Of a stretch of DNA of 64,000 bases, positions 1-13,110 are shown in pieces. This DNA is from Octopus vulgaris (taxonomy: Eukaryota). The notes beneath the pieces were generated by a model, which saw only the letters and a list, made by a program, of their open reading frames with translations, had not been told where the DNA came from and made no database searches. The translations under genes were made by a program, and so were the position numbers. Position 1 is the stretch's first letter. Every line of letters begins with the position of its first letter. The stretch lies in NCBI GenBank assembly GCA_951406725.2, contig OX597830.1, positions 5,022,001 through 5,086,000 on the forward strand, read 5' to 3'.

Positions 1-494
1 AGAACATTGCATACTTAATGTTGTGGATACCACTTTATCTTAATCCAAATACTCATTGACTTTGACATAAATAGTTTCAAAGATTAATTAAGACATCACT
101 TTCTTCAGATCTTAGCTTTGTTTTACATTTTTTCTTCTTTTCGCATTTCGTTCTGTAATGGAATGTTGTTTTCTTGTAGATGTGGTTATCGAAGGGGAGG
201 CACAGTATTTCGATTTCAGAGGTACATAGAAAATTTGTCAATATATGTGTAACATGTCTATTTGCTCTGGGGACGAGTGAGAGACTGAAATGCAGTAACG
301 ACAGTGAGAAGATGATATCAGCTCAGCTAATTATTTGCAGCTGTTTACACGTCATTTTCAAAGTGTAGTAATTAAATTTTATATTATGACTGGTTACCAT
401 CAATTTAATCAATTTAATTGTGCTGATTAAGACTATGTTCATTAAAACTGCAACAAGCTAAAGAAAACTGTATACATATTTGTTGTATATATTT

Positions 495-736
495 GGCATG
501 TAAAAAGCACCATCCGTTCATGGCCATTTGCCAGACTTGTCTGGCACCTGTGCCGGTGGCACGTAATAAGCACCCACTACACTCACAGAATGGTTGGCGT
601 TAGGAAGGGCATCCAGCCGTAGAAACATTGCCAGATCAGACTGGGCCTGGTGCAGCCTTCTGGCTTCAAGACCCCAGTTGAACTGTCCAACCCATGCTAG
701 CATGGAAAGCGGATGCTAAACGATGATGATGATGAT
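495..736 (+). mobile_element. Short element matching the RTE LINE 3' UTR, (GAT)n tail
   Basis: Matches 47270-47449. Further copies at 4362-4645(-), 34198-34520(-), 53030-53240(+), 59025-59220(+), 60405-60600(-). Confidence 0.85.
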
Positions 737-914
737 TTGCCATAAATCAGCTTTCTTTTGAGAAATTGTCTGTTTTTTTCCTATTTAATTGTGGATGAAT
801 TTATAGGACACTGCATAGTACCCAGGAAAAGACTAAAGACTCCAGTACATTTTAACCTACACTGTATTATGAAGGAATAAGAATAAGAAAAATAATCATA
901 ATAATAATAATAAT

Positions 915-1600
915 CCTGCCTGCTTTAGGCACAAGACTGAAATTTGGAAAGAGGAGACCAATCAACTGTACTGACCCCAGTGTTCAACTGGTACTTATTT
1001 TATCGATTCTGAAAGAACGAAAGACAAAGTCAACCTTGGAAGAATTTAAACTTGAACATAAAAGACAAATGAAAAGCCATTAAGTATTTTTTCTGGCAAT
1101 GATAAGGATTCTGCCAGCTCACTGCCTTAATAATAATAATAATCATAATAATAATAATAATAATAATAACAATAATAATAATAATGCTTTCTACTATATG
1201 CACAAAGCCTGAAATTTGGGGGAAGGGAATAGTTGATTACATTGATCCCAGTGCATAACTGGTATTTATTTCATCAATCCTGAGAGGATGAATAGCAAAC
1301 TCGTCTACGACAAAATTTGAACTCAGGACATAGCAACAGACAATATACCACAAAGCAATTCTGCCCAGCGTGCTAACAATTCTGCCAGCTCACCATAATA
1401 ATAATAATCTTTCTACTGGAGGCACAAAGCCTCAAATTTGTGGGGAAGGAAACTAGTCGATTACATTGCCCCCCCCCCCCCAGTGTTTCACTGGTACTTA
1501 ATTTATTGACCCTGAAAGGATGAAAGACAAAGTCGACCTTGGCAGAATTTGAATTCAGAATGTAAAGCAGATGAAATACCACTAATGTTTCTACCAGCTC
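915..1600 (-). mobile_element. Three tandem copies of SINE family 2 separated by (AAT)n
   Basis: Units at ~915-1127, 1186-1393 and 1408-1600 share ctggtacttattttatcgaccc.gaaaggatgaaagrcaaagtcgacc. Confidence 0.8.
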
Positions 1601-1632
<32 letters not shown>

Positions 1633-1720
1633 AATAATAATAATAATGATAATAATAATGATAATAATAATAATAATAATAAGAAGAAGAAGAAGAAGAA
1701 GAAGAATGCAATAATAATAA
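1601..1720. repeat. Compound trinucleotide repeat (AAC)n(AAT)n(AAG)n
   Basis: Seen directly. (ATT)n tracts also at 10810-10875, 13060-13134, 26615-26718, 43763-43820. Confidence 0.95.
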
Positions 1721-2472
1721 ATTTAAATACATAGTTGTTGGTATAATTATACCCTGACATTTATCTTCAGTAATAATAGAAAAAGTCATTTTAAACTTTT
1801 AAACATAAAAGACAAAGAAAACTTTAAAATAGCCTGATATTTGGCAATTACATTATCTGTGTTATTTCAGAACATGCAACATCCTTCTTATGTTACTAAG
1901 GTGCTAATGTGATTATCAAGTGTGTAATTGTGTATTCATTAAATTATTACTGCACTGAAAGTTCACTTCAACATGTATTTTGTCTTTGCATGACAAGAAG
2001 TTTATTACCCACTGAAATGGTTAAATTTTTATTGACAAAATTCTTCACATATGCACATAATTTATGTAAATCTTTAAACATTAGATTGATTCCTAGAGTG
2101 TATTTGCTTCTGAATTATTTAAGCAAAAGTTTGATGTCATCATCGATGTTATTATTTTCACACGTTTATTTTTCCATGCTGTTATGGATCAGATAAGACT
2201 TATTGAGACAGTTTCTATGGTCAGATGCCTTTCCTGTTGCTGACCCTCGATTTTTAAAAGTATTTTTATTCCATTGCTTTTCACACATCAAAACCAGTTA
2301 GCTACTGGACATGTTTATAGGAGAAATAAACATACTATCACTGATGCCAACATGTTGTCTATATAAAGATACACAGAAATAAACATTCAGACATACACAC
2401 ACACAAACCTACATACATACATACACACATATATACACACACATTCATATTTATATATATATGTATATACAT

Positions 2473-2521
<49 letters not shown>

Positions 2522-2847
2522 GGTATGTAGAAAAATACAACATGGACAAGAACGTATAACTCTTAGAAGACGATACAATAAACACGGACAGGACATTCGA
2601 AACCCTCAGTCTTCAGTCAAGAACCGGATCATCGTAGTAATTTCGGCTGATTAAGGCAAATGAGAAAATGAAGAGGATAAACAATCAATAAACATCAGCC
2701 TGTAAACATTCAATTATGTCTATTTATTTATTAATTGGTTACAATCAGATGTGTAATTGTTAATAAGTAACAAGTAATAACACCACACTAAGGTTTTACC
2801 TAATTTTTCTCTCATTGGTATACTTATGTATTGAATTTCCCCAAACA

Positions 2848-2990
2848 GGAGTGGCTGTGTGGTAAGTAGCTTGTCTACCAACCACACAGTTCCAGGTTCA
2901 GTCCCACTGCGTGGCACCTTGGGCAAGTGTCTTCTACTATAGCCTCAGGCCAACCAAAGCCTTGTGAGTGGATTTGGTAGACGGAAACCT
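2848..2990 (+). mobile_element. tRNA-derived SINE family 1, 3'-truncated
   Basis: A box tggctgtgtgg, B box ggttcagtccc; same head as 10412 and 56883. Confidence 0.8.
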
Positions 2991-3765
2991 ATTGTTATAT
3001 ATATATATAAAAAAAACTTTTTGTATAAGTTTTTACCGAATATGGTTCTTTTCCATACCAAAAACTACTTTGTAAAATTTGTTAATTTATTAAATTAATA
3101 TTTTTTAACCTATATCTGTAATAATTATATATATATATATATATATATATAAGTCACAATAATAATAAATCTAAGTACATAGTTGCTGGTGTAATTATCT
3201 TGACATTTAATTTCAGTAAAAAAATAAAAAATATATATACAGGCACATACACACAGAGTTGGCATCTATTTACTTTTTCTCTATCAACTTCCCTCACAAG
3301 GCACTGGTCAGCCTGAAGCTGTAGTAGAAGATATTTGCCAAAGATGCAATGCAGTGGATTAAATCAAAATCCATGTGATTAGAAGGCAAACCTCTTTCAC
3401 ACAGTCGCAGGCTTCAGAAAATCCTTTTAGTCTGCTTATCTGTTCACAGCACTTCTGTCTCTTTAAACCAGACTAACAACAACTATCCAGAGGAATTAAT
3501 ACAACTATAAAATTATATTATAAGATGGACTTTTATATTTTCATACATTTACAAAAGAAACCACAGCAATGACAAGAACAACTTCCCATGTTCTTCTTTA
3601 ATTTTCAATTACCAGATACCAAAACTATGCTCCAAGACAGAAATGTGTAACAAAGAATTACCATAATTATATAAATTGCAGGAATAAATGTTTTCAGATA
3701 TTATTACCAAAGATCAGTGTAACAATTGTTTTAAATTTTATATCGCAATTTTGTTGTATTTTCAG

Positions 3766-3960
3766 ATGTTACTTGCAAAGATCAGCGTAACAGTAGTTAC
3801 CCCCCTGATGTCTGTTTGGAACGAGTCGGGCCCATGCCGATTGTAGCAGAACAATGTTTTGTACCTTGTGATGAAAACTGCTTCCTAACTGAATGGACTA
3901 AGTTTGGCCCATGTATTAATGGTTGCAATGGCTATACAATCAGAATTCGTGAGTTAACTA
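3766..3960 (+). CDS. THSD7A: THSD7-like (thrombospondin type-1 domain-containing 7A/B-like) internal coding exon A, phase 1-1
   Basis: Acceptor ttgtattttcag, donor |gtaagt, 195 nt open: (D)VTCKDQRNSSYPPDVCLERVGPMPIVAEQCFVPCDENCFLTEWTKFGPCINGCNGYTIRIRELT. Resembles the recalled vertebrate THSD7A segment AITCRKQDGG...CQIPCQDDCQLTSWSKFSSC. Missed by the ORF track. Symbol denotes the family; the A/B split is vertebrate-specific. Confidence 0.9.
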
Positions 3961-5412
3961 GTAAGTAAAGTAGTCTGAATATGAATTCTTTTTGGTGAAT
4001 TTTGCAAGGATTTATTAAAAGTGATGAAAATTCATAATCTTTTGTTGAAGTAAAAATTCCAATTATCCCTAATATTTTTTAAAAATAGAATCTTCCCATT
4101 TTTTGACAAAATAATAAACATTATTAAATTGTCGTATTCACAGTGAGCAGCAAGAATCAAAGAAAGGATTTGCATAATTATTCATAATACATTCTAGCAG
4201 ATACAACAGCAATTAGCAAATTTATATTCAAATCTGCCACAATGTATTAAGAATGAATACACAAGTCATTGCAATAGAAATTATCCCATCTAATAAACTC
4301 TCTTTTATTTGGTGCTGATAATTTCCTGTTTACCAATGACTTGGCCTCAACACTGAAACTACATCATCATCATCAACATCATCATCATCGTTTAACGTCC
4401 GTTTTCCATGCTAGCATGGGTTGGACATTTCAACCAGGGTCTGGGAAGCAAGGAGGCTGCACCAGGCTCCAGTCTGATCTGGCAGTGTTTCTACAGCTGG
4501 ATGCCCTTCCTAACGCCAGCCACTCCATGAGAGTAGTGGGTACTTTTTAGGTGCCACCGGCACAGGGTCCAGGGGTGGCTGGCAGTGGCCACAATCAGTT
4601 GATGCTTTTTACATGCCACCGGCACGGAAGCCAGTCAAGGCGGCATTGCTATGCTTGCTTGATTATTTTTTTGTCTTTTTGTTTGTTTTTGTTTTTTATA
4701 ATAAGATTCAAGACTTCTATATTTCGTAAAAGCAAAAGAAATAGTACAGTGGAATTGCCATGAAGAGTAGACTACCAACTGATTCAGACAGAGTCTTCTT
4801 TCAAGTTAAAGTTGACAGAGGCAAAATAAAAGAAAGCATAATTTTACATCTTCTGCCTGAGAAACCGTATGCAATTCATGAGGAACACAAACCTTGTCAT
4901 TTTTGCCAGATCTTTTCCCCCCACATTCTACATTTCACTATCCATTATCTCATACAATTCTAGTTCAAAAAGAAACAAACTAAAATTTGGTTCTTTGCTC
5001 CATTTAAACCATTCCAGAGAAAATATGTAAAAGCCTCAATCATGCATTCAGAAACTACAAGCTAAATTAACATTTTTTTTTTCTGCAACATAAATTGACT
5101 TAATGCTTTTTTTTTATATTTTATTATTGATGAAAACTTAGTATTTGTTCTTAGTTGAGAAAACCATGTAAATAAATGAAATTGGATTTTCCCAAGTTAT
5201 TCTTCTGGTTCCTCTCAAGTGAATTTAGTATAAATTAAACAAAACAATATAAACCATTTCTGCAATAATGAAAGTAAATTGTGCCCCCCCCCCTCCACAC
5301 ACACATCTAGTAATATCAATCATTAAACAGTGCCTGACACACATAAGTACATCAACCCACAACACACAAATAAATACATACACATACATATATACATACA
5401 TACATATACACA

Positions 5413-5451
<39 letters not shown>

Positions 5452-5633
5452 AAAGGGCTTAGTAAAATAAATTACTTTGCCGCATACTGAACTCATTAGA
5501 AATAGCAGCTAAAAAAACTTTTTTAAAACTATCTCCAATACTTAAAGAAAACCTCTCTCATATAGTGTTTGCTCAATTCAACTCACGAAGGTATGGGGGT
5601 AGAGACATTAAAAAATCAAATGCAAAGGTTATT

Positions 5634-5686
5634 TGAGAACGTACGTTTCAAGATTAGTCAAAATCGACACTTCTATCATCAGCTCA
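5634..5686 (-). ncRNA. Type I hammerhead ribozyme motif
   Basis: Minus strand: tgag CTGATGA tagaagtgtcgattttgactaatctt GAAA cgtacg TT ctca. Stem I tgag/ctca, palindromic stem III, imperfect stem II with a U-U closing pair. Confidence 0.55.
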
Positions 5687-5898
5687 GAACTCCCTGGTTT
5701 GGATTTGAAAACACTGAAAGTGGGAGCATACCCTTTCGGCCTGTTATCGCTTCTGAAGATCTGCTCAAAACTAACAGTGCTAGCAAATTCAAATATGCAA
5801 GCGAAGAATTTCTGCTCTCCCCTTTCCACCAGCGTGGGTTAAAATCAACAAACACTATGCTTTTTTCGGTAAAATCCGAGGCATTATATAGAGAGAGA

Positions 5899-5941
<43 letters not shown>

Positions 5942-6789
5942 ATACATATATACACATACACATACATATATATAAACTTATATATATATATACATACATC
6001 CATATATACACACATGCATACATATATATGCACATACATACATATATACAAATACATACATACACATACATATATACACATACATATATACACACACATA
6101 TATATATACATAGATACATATATATATACATATATACACATGCATACATATAAATATATACACATACATATATACATATACTAGCAGAGATACCTGGCAT
6201 TGCCTGTGTTGCATGCAATTGAAGAATTAGACTTTTCTGTTATATTTTCTGTAATGAACTGGAATACCTATGATTTCAATCTCATCAAATTTGCAGATGG
6301 GGGTTCTTTCCCTCTTTATGCACCCTAAAAATATTGTACTCATGACACATGTATTCAATTCTATTTATTTTTATGCTCAAATTCCAAAATTAGAGTCTTA
6401 TAGAGCCTGTTAAAAGGATTTTGCTCCTGAAAAATGGAGGTCATGGAGCTCTAAAATTTGGGAGTTAAGGACCCTATTGGGGGTGGGCATCTTAATGTCA
6501 ACCAGAGAAGTTGAATTGTTTAGAATCTTTTTAATTTGGGTTTTATATCTATTGTTTGAATTTCTTTGAAATAGGAAATATATGTATGTTCACTGGGTTT
6601 GAAAAAGAGAGCAAAGCTACAGGGAACCAAAAGACGAATGATCACAATAAGCAGTCAGTTACCCTACCCTAGTCGTTACCACTCCCCAATCTAGTATTCC
6701 TCACCATCCAGGTGACAGGCACAGCCGTAAGATGCATTACGAATCTATAGCAATTGGAAGGGCATGACCCAACTCAAATAAACATTAAC

Positions 6790-7400
6790 AACTGTGTGAC
6801 GTGAGGGCTAAGGAGAAATAAAAGTGTCCCCTCTGGAGTTTCCACACAGACCCTTTGGCCCCTGATTTATACAAGGAGACTAAAATGGCATCAATCCAGT
6901 CTTGAGGCACTTTCCCAGTTCTCAAACAGTGACAAATTAATGTAGTTAAGAGTTCAAACATTTTGTCACCCCCATATTTCAAGGCTTCTGCACAGATTCC
7001 ATCAGATCCTGGAGATTTAATGTTATTCAAACTATTTACAACTAAATAAATGTCATTTAGAGTTGGTTCAAATGCCATCTCTTCTATAACTGGAAGATGT
7101 TCGATTTTTTTCTATCATTCTTATGTCAACAAATGACAATCTATCCAAAGTGCAGAAAAATGTTTTACCCAGCACTTATGAATAGAAGTGGTGTCAGTCA
7201 GAAGCAAACATCCATTTGCTGCTCTATCTGGAGCTATTGAAGAAGATCTTGGGCCATGTACCTTCTTGACATAAGAGTACAAACCCTTGGCATCATTTCT
7301 ATCAGCTGCTTCTTGTGCCCCTTTTGCTCTATCATTTCACCATTTCTGCTTAATTTTCCTTAGAGCAGTCTGAACTTTCCCTTCCAACAAGCTTCACTTG
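6790..7400 (-). mobile_element. Degraded RTE-type LINE fragment (pre-RT/RT N-terminus)
   Basis: EPTLNDI...KSPGSDGICAEALKYGG...VPQDWIDAILVSLYKSG. Confidence 0.8.
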
Positions 7401-7736
7401 AGTTGTATATATATATGCATACATATATACACATTCGCACACACACATACATATATATATATAGCTTAATAAGATTTGGGCAAAACCTTTGTAGTATGCT
7501 CATCCACAGTTATTGGCAACCAGTGAAAATGCTCTTGTTACTGGATATACATCAAGAATTCCATAATGTGTGTATGTGCACGTGCGTAGTGTAAGTTGTA
7601 TAGTTTTCATGAAGCACTGTCTCATATATATATATAGAGAAAGATATTTTTTTTTTCAAAAATGTAACTACTCATGGACTGTTGGCAAGTTTTTTCCTCC
7701 TCTTTCCTTTTCCTTTGGACTTTCCTATGTCTCCTA

Positions 7737-7769
7737 TTTCTGAAGAAGAGCTTAGCTCAAAACGTAAAA
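7737..7769 (+). ncRNA. Degenerate minimal hammerhead motif
   Basis: ttt CTGAAGA a gagc-tta-gctc AAAA cg TA aaa. G12 replaced by A, consistent with CpG decay; likely inactive. Confidence 0.45.
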
Positions 7770-7992
7770 CAACCACTCTCTTTCCTTCTCTGAGCATCTC
7801 TCTAATACTTCGCATGTACTACGTCCCTGTGTTGTTCTTTTTTCTCTGTTTTTTTTTAAATTAGCTATTTACTGGACACTCACACAGACCCCTGTCCTTC
7901 TGACTGGCTTTGGAGTACCTAATTCACAGAATTCTTTTTGCCATCAGATGACATCACCGTATTCATTTGGAGTACACCATTTCTGCACCTTG

Positions 7993-8037
<45 letters not shown>

Positions 8038-8078
8038 GTATGTATGTATGTATATGTATGTATGTATGTATGTATGTA

Positions 8079-8192
<114 letters not shown>

Positions 8193-10411
8193 TGTTTTGT
8201 AAATTCTTTTAAAAGGTAAAACAATGGAAATTTCTGAAAATAAAGCTAGCGGATAGTTTTACCTGGTATTCCAATATTTGAGGGTTGAGACCCCTTCCTC
8301 AAGAAATCTTTGGAGAAAATTTGGTATTATGATTCCTGTTCCTAGGTAACTCTTACTCTGTTGCCTGGTATCCAACCATTATCTGTGCCTTAGGAGTTAT
8401 TATCAAAATCCACTATGTTACAACTATTTGGATTAGGTCTTTGAGATCCAACTTGTTTCAAAAAGAGTCAAGTCTGCAGTTATTCCACCTCTAACAAAAT
8501 TATGAAGTACATTATCAAATGTGTCTTTCTATTTTGTAAAATGGTCAAATGTGATTCCCAAGAAATTTTGCTACCATTGCTAACAGGTCAAGCGAATCTC
8601 TTGTTCACTTGGATTCTGGATTGTTTCCTCCTATATTAACTGTAATTCTGTATGTCTATGTCCAAAATCATTCAAGCCAAGCCAAGTCAACCTTGAATTC
8701 TTACCAGCACTAAGTCTAGCTTAGACTACAGCATTCAGTTTTAGTGAGATGTTTTCTTATTTTTCTTTTTTTTAGTAGAATACTGATATAAACCATCAAC
8801 TTGAGATTTTTTTCACAGTTTACTTGTTTTTGACTCAATGACTGAATGTTTAGGTGTGGCTATATTTGGTTTGTTGAGGCTTCAACAGCACTATTTGTAC
8901 CGTTCCTGATTCTTATTTTTCACTTGTAGTTGTATAACTATGATGTTATTTTCATATCACCATAGCTAATGATTTCCATTTTTATGTCATATATAAAATG
9001 CTTTTATTCTTGACGGTGGAAAGTTTTGATCAGAGAAAAAAACAACCTGGAATTTTCATTTCTGATTTAACTTCACTTATGAAAATTTCAGTAAACACTG
9101 ATGTTGGGTGTGTGTGTGTGTGATGTATGTAGAAGTATAATCTATAGATTGTTCCAGAAAATGCTTACTTTGGTTCACAATGGCTATGATTGTACTTCAA
9201 ACATTGTTTCCACATTATCATCAATAGATTCTTTTGCATCTTCTCAGAAGCAGAATAAAACCTCAAGAGTTTGGTCATAAATATTTATCTCCTTCATTTA
9301 CTCTCATGAATTGCAATGAATACTTATTTCAAAAGACTAGTGGAAATGGTTTTCACCTGATTTTGTGAATAACCAATATTTCGGTTGACTTAGTTGAACT
9401 CAAGGATTATTGGCCTTTGATACACACATTCTGACAAATTTGCTGCGTTAAATAATCTGATAATGTTTTACTAAGTGAGGACCGATATCTATATCCAAGT
9501 TGTGAAATAGCGTTTATTCCATAAAAATAAAATATTCTAATGGAATGAGAATGTTCTGAGAATGTACGTTACAAGTATTATTATTACTGGTTATAAGGCA
9601 ATGAGCTGACAGAACTATTAGCACATTGAGCAAAATGCTAAGTGGCATTTCATCCATCTTTACAATCTGTGTTTAATACAGCCAGGGTCAACTTTGCCTT
9701 TCGTCATTTCAAGGTTGACGAAATAAGCACCAGCCAAATGCTGGGGTCAATGTCAATGACCCAAACAACTATCAGGCTTTATGCCTTTAGTGGAAAGGAC
9801 CATTATTACTGATTATAACACTGATTAAAAGTTATTTTGTTTTAAACATAACTGCCATCTTGAAGCTGGAAGGAATAAATATGGAATATCATCTGTTTTA
9901 AATCAGGCGAAGAAACATCTTTTTTTTTTTTTTTTGAATGCTAATTCTAGTTTTACTAACAGATAAAGTATTATCACATGGAACCAGAAGCATGACTAGA
10001 TTATCAAAATCTGATTAAAGTAACAGATGTATTCTTGTGCAGCTCAATAAAACGAGTGAAACTGTAAGGTCATAAATGCAGTCACAAAATTAATGTCTAA
10101 TCGTTCATTTCATAAATATAGATATTTACAGAGATTCGATTTTATTTATCTTCATATTTCAAATATTAATAAATTAGTGTTTGATCCTAGAAATTAAAAC
10201 CAGAGGAATCTATTTAACAGGAAAGGAATTGGTGCTTAGAAAGTGGCACCATATAACATTTCAAGTTTAGCCATTTAAACAAAGCTTTTCAATAATGTGA
10301 AGATTAATAAAATAAACCATAAAATGAAGGATAACACTTGAAGATACCAAGTACAGCAGTTCTGTGGTTTCCAAATCTGAAGTACTTTACTATTGTTATT
10401 GTTATTATTAG

Positions 10412-10806
10412 GCGTAGGAGTGGCTGTGTGGTAAGTAGCTTGCTTATCAACCACATAGTTCCAGGTTCAGTCGCATTGCATTGCCCCTTGGGCAAGTGTC
10501 TTCTGCTATAGCCTCAGGCTGACCAAAGCCTTGTGAGTGGATTTGGTTGACAGAAACTGAAAGAAGCCCGTTGTATATATATATATATATGAGTGTGTGT
10601 GTGTGTGTATGTTTGTGTGTCTGTCTTCCCAACATTGCTTGACAACCGATGCTGGTGTGTTTACGTCCTCGTAACTTAGTGGTTTGGCAAAAGAGACCGA
10701 TAGAATAAGTACTAGGCTTACAGAGAATAAGTCCTGGGGTCGATTTGCTCAACTAAAGACAGTGCTCCGGCAAGGCCACAGTCAAATGACTGAAACAAGT
10801 AAAGAG

Positions 10807-10810
<4 letters not shown>
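10412..10810 (+). mobile_element. tRNA-derived SINE family 1, near full length
   Basis: Pol III boxes, internal (TA)(TG) microsatellite, tail gactgaaacaagtaaagagagta. Other copies at ~3240-3410(-), 20830-20980(-), 21010-21390(-), 22325-22400(+), 27330-27460(-), 62330-62520(+). Confidence 0.85.
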
Positions 10811-10865
<55 letters not shown>

Positions 10866-11706
10866 CATTATTATTAAGGTGGCAGAATTGTTAGCACATC
10901 GAACAAAATGCTTATCAGCATTTTGTTCATCCTTACATCCTAAGTTCAAATGCTGCTGAGGTCGACTTTGCCTTTTATCCTTTCAGGGTTGATGAAATAT
11001 GCATCAGTTGAGCAGAGTGGGGGTTTTGATGTAATCAAGTAGAACCCCTCCCTCGAAATTTAAACAGAAAGGATTATCATCATCATCATCATCATCATCA
11101 TCATCGTCCTGAAGCTGGTGAGCTGGCAGAAGAGTTACCATGCCAAGCAAAATGTTTTGCAGCATTTTGTCTGTCATTATGTTCCAAGTTTCAACACTGC
11201 TCAGGTTGATTTTGATAAAATAAGTATGGTTGATAAAAGAAGAACCAGTTGAACTCTGGTGTCGAAATTACTGGCCTTGTGCCAAAACCTAAAACCAATA
11301 TTTCAGTAGTGAGTCTAGCAACTTAGTCCTCCACACATCTTGTTAACTCACCAGTATTTTCCACTTGATAACATTATTCTTTACTACATCAACATATGTG
11401 GGTTTGGGATGGCCTTTCCTTTCATCTTTGTGTACTGGTTTGCCTCTAGTAATACCAGCTGTCTTGGATCTTCCATTATCTCTGACATAACTGATCAAAC
11501 TCATTCTCATGTCTGTGATTTTCTCACCTGATCTTTGTAACCTCTACAGAAATGCTTATAGCTAATGTGCTCATTCTGTTTAATGTTAAGTACTGCATGC
11601 AGTACTGTGGTGCGACATCCATCCAGTAGGGTAAGGCTTTAGGGTTCAGCATTTTCAGCCACAGATAATTTGATGAATTCATCATTTAACGTCCATTTTC
11701 CATGCA

Positions 11707-11800
11707 AGCATGGGTCCAGAGTTGGCATGGGGTCAGACCTGGCATGGGATCGGAGCTAGCATGGGGTCGGAGATGGCATGGATTAGAGCTGACATAGACT
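11707..11800. repeat. ~17-bp minisatellite, 5-6 units (ggcatggggtcagagct)
   Basis: Tandem units continue directly from an RTE-tail fragment catcatttaacgtccattttccatgcaagcatggg. Confidence 0.75.
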
Positions 11801-13067
11801 GGATGAGCTAAATCTATAAGAATATATTTAAAAGATATCCACTTTCCTTCCCTGAAATTTCAGTGAACATATATGGATGATGTTAAAGCACCAGTCCTTC
11901 ATAAGGCATCAAAAGCTAAAGTGGGGATGCCGGAGCACTATCGCGGAGGCAGACAATTTTTAATACAAGCAGTCAGGCATGACTGAATTTAGAAAATATA
12001 ATAACATAGTCTGACCATGTTAGATGTAGTCAAAAATTTTATGCTGCTTGGTTGCTGAGTCTATTTAATAAATTGCCAACAAGTAACGAAAACCATTAAC
12101 TTCTATATACAACAAATCAGTAAAACAGTATCTAAAATTAATGTATCAAAACACAGCCCATGATGATGATGGTTATAACAATGACAATGATGACAACAAC
12201 AACAACAATGGTGGTAGTTGCTGCAATGAATGTCATTAAAAAAAAAAAAAAAGTATTTTTCTTTGCTGATGTTCATTACCACCAGCCCCATCACCATAAA
12301 GTGTTATATAGCTTTAACTAAAATGATAATTTTATCTCTTGAAACTTATGAAAAGACAACCCTAGTGGGGGGTGCTCAGTAGCAGAAGTTGTGTTGATCT
12401 TAACCTCTGTGGTCAGGAAACATATTCAGGTGAACTGTTACAAAGACAAAACAAACAAGATAATAAGTTCCATATTTTTCACACAGGAATTAAGGTCACT
12501 GACCTTTTATAAAGTTCAATGTCTATGGTGTCTACACAGTCACTGTCAATATCATGATATTGATCAGAATAATCTTTTAATATTATCCTGTAATTTAATG
12601 TGTTTTTATACTTCATTTCTTTTGGATTGCTTGTCTGACGACTGTGTATGGTTTGTTAATCAGATGTCTCCAGTTACACTTAACACTGAAAATCTTTCCT
12701 TTTGCATTACTCGGAACATTATTTAAATGAGCATGGAAAAACAAACAGCAACAATCTCTGTGATGGTCAATTATTCTTTCAGCCTAAACAAATGAAATCA
12801 GACTTTTGTTGATGACAATTCAGATGAAAGATTTACTGCAAAATTCTTTCTGTCTCTTTTGAAATTGTCCACAATTGCACTGGAACATATTATTCATTAT
12901 TTAGAAAAGAGCATTGTGTATTGAAGCACTGGTAGACTGATAAAATAATTTGATTTATCAAACTTTTATTTTCCAAGTTTGTAGGTCTGTTGTAAAACTG
13001 TCAATTGAGTAGTAGTAGTAAACATGATGTAGAGTCTAAACTGATGAAACCCAATAGTTTATTATTA

Positions 13068-13110
<43 letters not shown>

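Noticed and set aside
2540-2650. CTGAAGA on the minus strand in a (TA)n-adjacent insert (similar case at 8270-8305)
   Set aside because: Could not assemble a GAAA/UH core with stems; at most a decayed repeat end.
2848-2920. tRNA-like sequences with A and B boxes (also 10412, 17997, 56883)
   Set aside because: No proper cloverleaf, and they continue into repeated SINE bodies; not tRNA genes.
11707-11800. Regularly spaced repeats suggesting a CRISPR array
   Set aside because: No unique spacers, no cas genes, eukaryotic context.
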